Positions 26,272 to 26,335 of a stretch of DNA of 26,335 nt are shown here, one piece after another (position 1 is the stretch's first letter; the number at the start of each line of letters is the position of its first letter). The notes beneath the pieces are model-generated. The model was given only the letters and a program-made list of their open reading frames with translations, did no database searches and had not been told where the DNA came from. This DNA is from an uncultured archaeon (GTDB taxonomy: Archaea > EX4484-52 > JAADEF01), in NCBI GenBank assembly GCA_964407715.1, contig CAYOWP010000013.1, forward strand, positions 1 through 26,335, written 5' to 3'. The translations under genes were made by a program, and so were the position numbers.

Positions 26272-26335
26272 ATGAAAAACTTTCCAAACTTCCTAATAGT
26301 AGGAGCAGCAAAAAGTGGAACTACCTCTCTATACT
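26272..26335 (+). CDS. Sulfotransferase, N-terminal fragment (runs off the window)
   Basis: Manual translation MKNFPNFLIVGAAKSGTTSLY is the classic PAPS-binding 5'-PSB motif. Confidence 0.85.
   Translation, partial: MKNFPNFLIVGAAKSGTTSLY

Overview
AT-rich archaeal chromosome segment. The gene set (eS8, uS15, aIF2-beta, Rpp21, Cbf5, RNase J, SecDF) and the dense packing suggest a reduced, probably DPANN-type genome; this taxonomy is an inference. The window holds a type IV/Tad pilus ATPase with two T2SS-F platform genes, housekeeping genes, tRNA-Pro(UGG), tRNA-Val(CAC), a KaiC-like ATPase, and the start of a sulfated-glycan locus. Five stand-out features: (1) two non-coding loci about 14.5 kb apart (5948-6387 and 20743-21240) are built from the same unrecognised ~49-bp arm (GGTTAA-N~30-GAGCA-TGCTAACC), which pairs in alternating orientation into long hairpins whose variable middles match their own partner best; (2) a cluster of micro-pilin-like ORFs at 21273-22368, mostly missed or mis-started in the ORF track; (3) one ORF in that cluster carries two tandem class III signal peptides and may be a pilin polyprotein; (4) an APS kinase is fused to a small HxGH nucleotidyltransferase domain, possibly a minimal PAPS synthase; (5) an MNT antitoxin has no HEPN partner.
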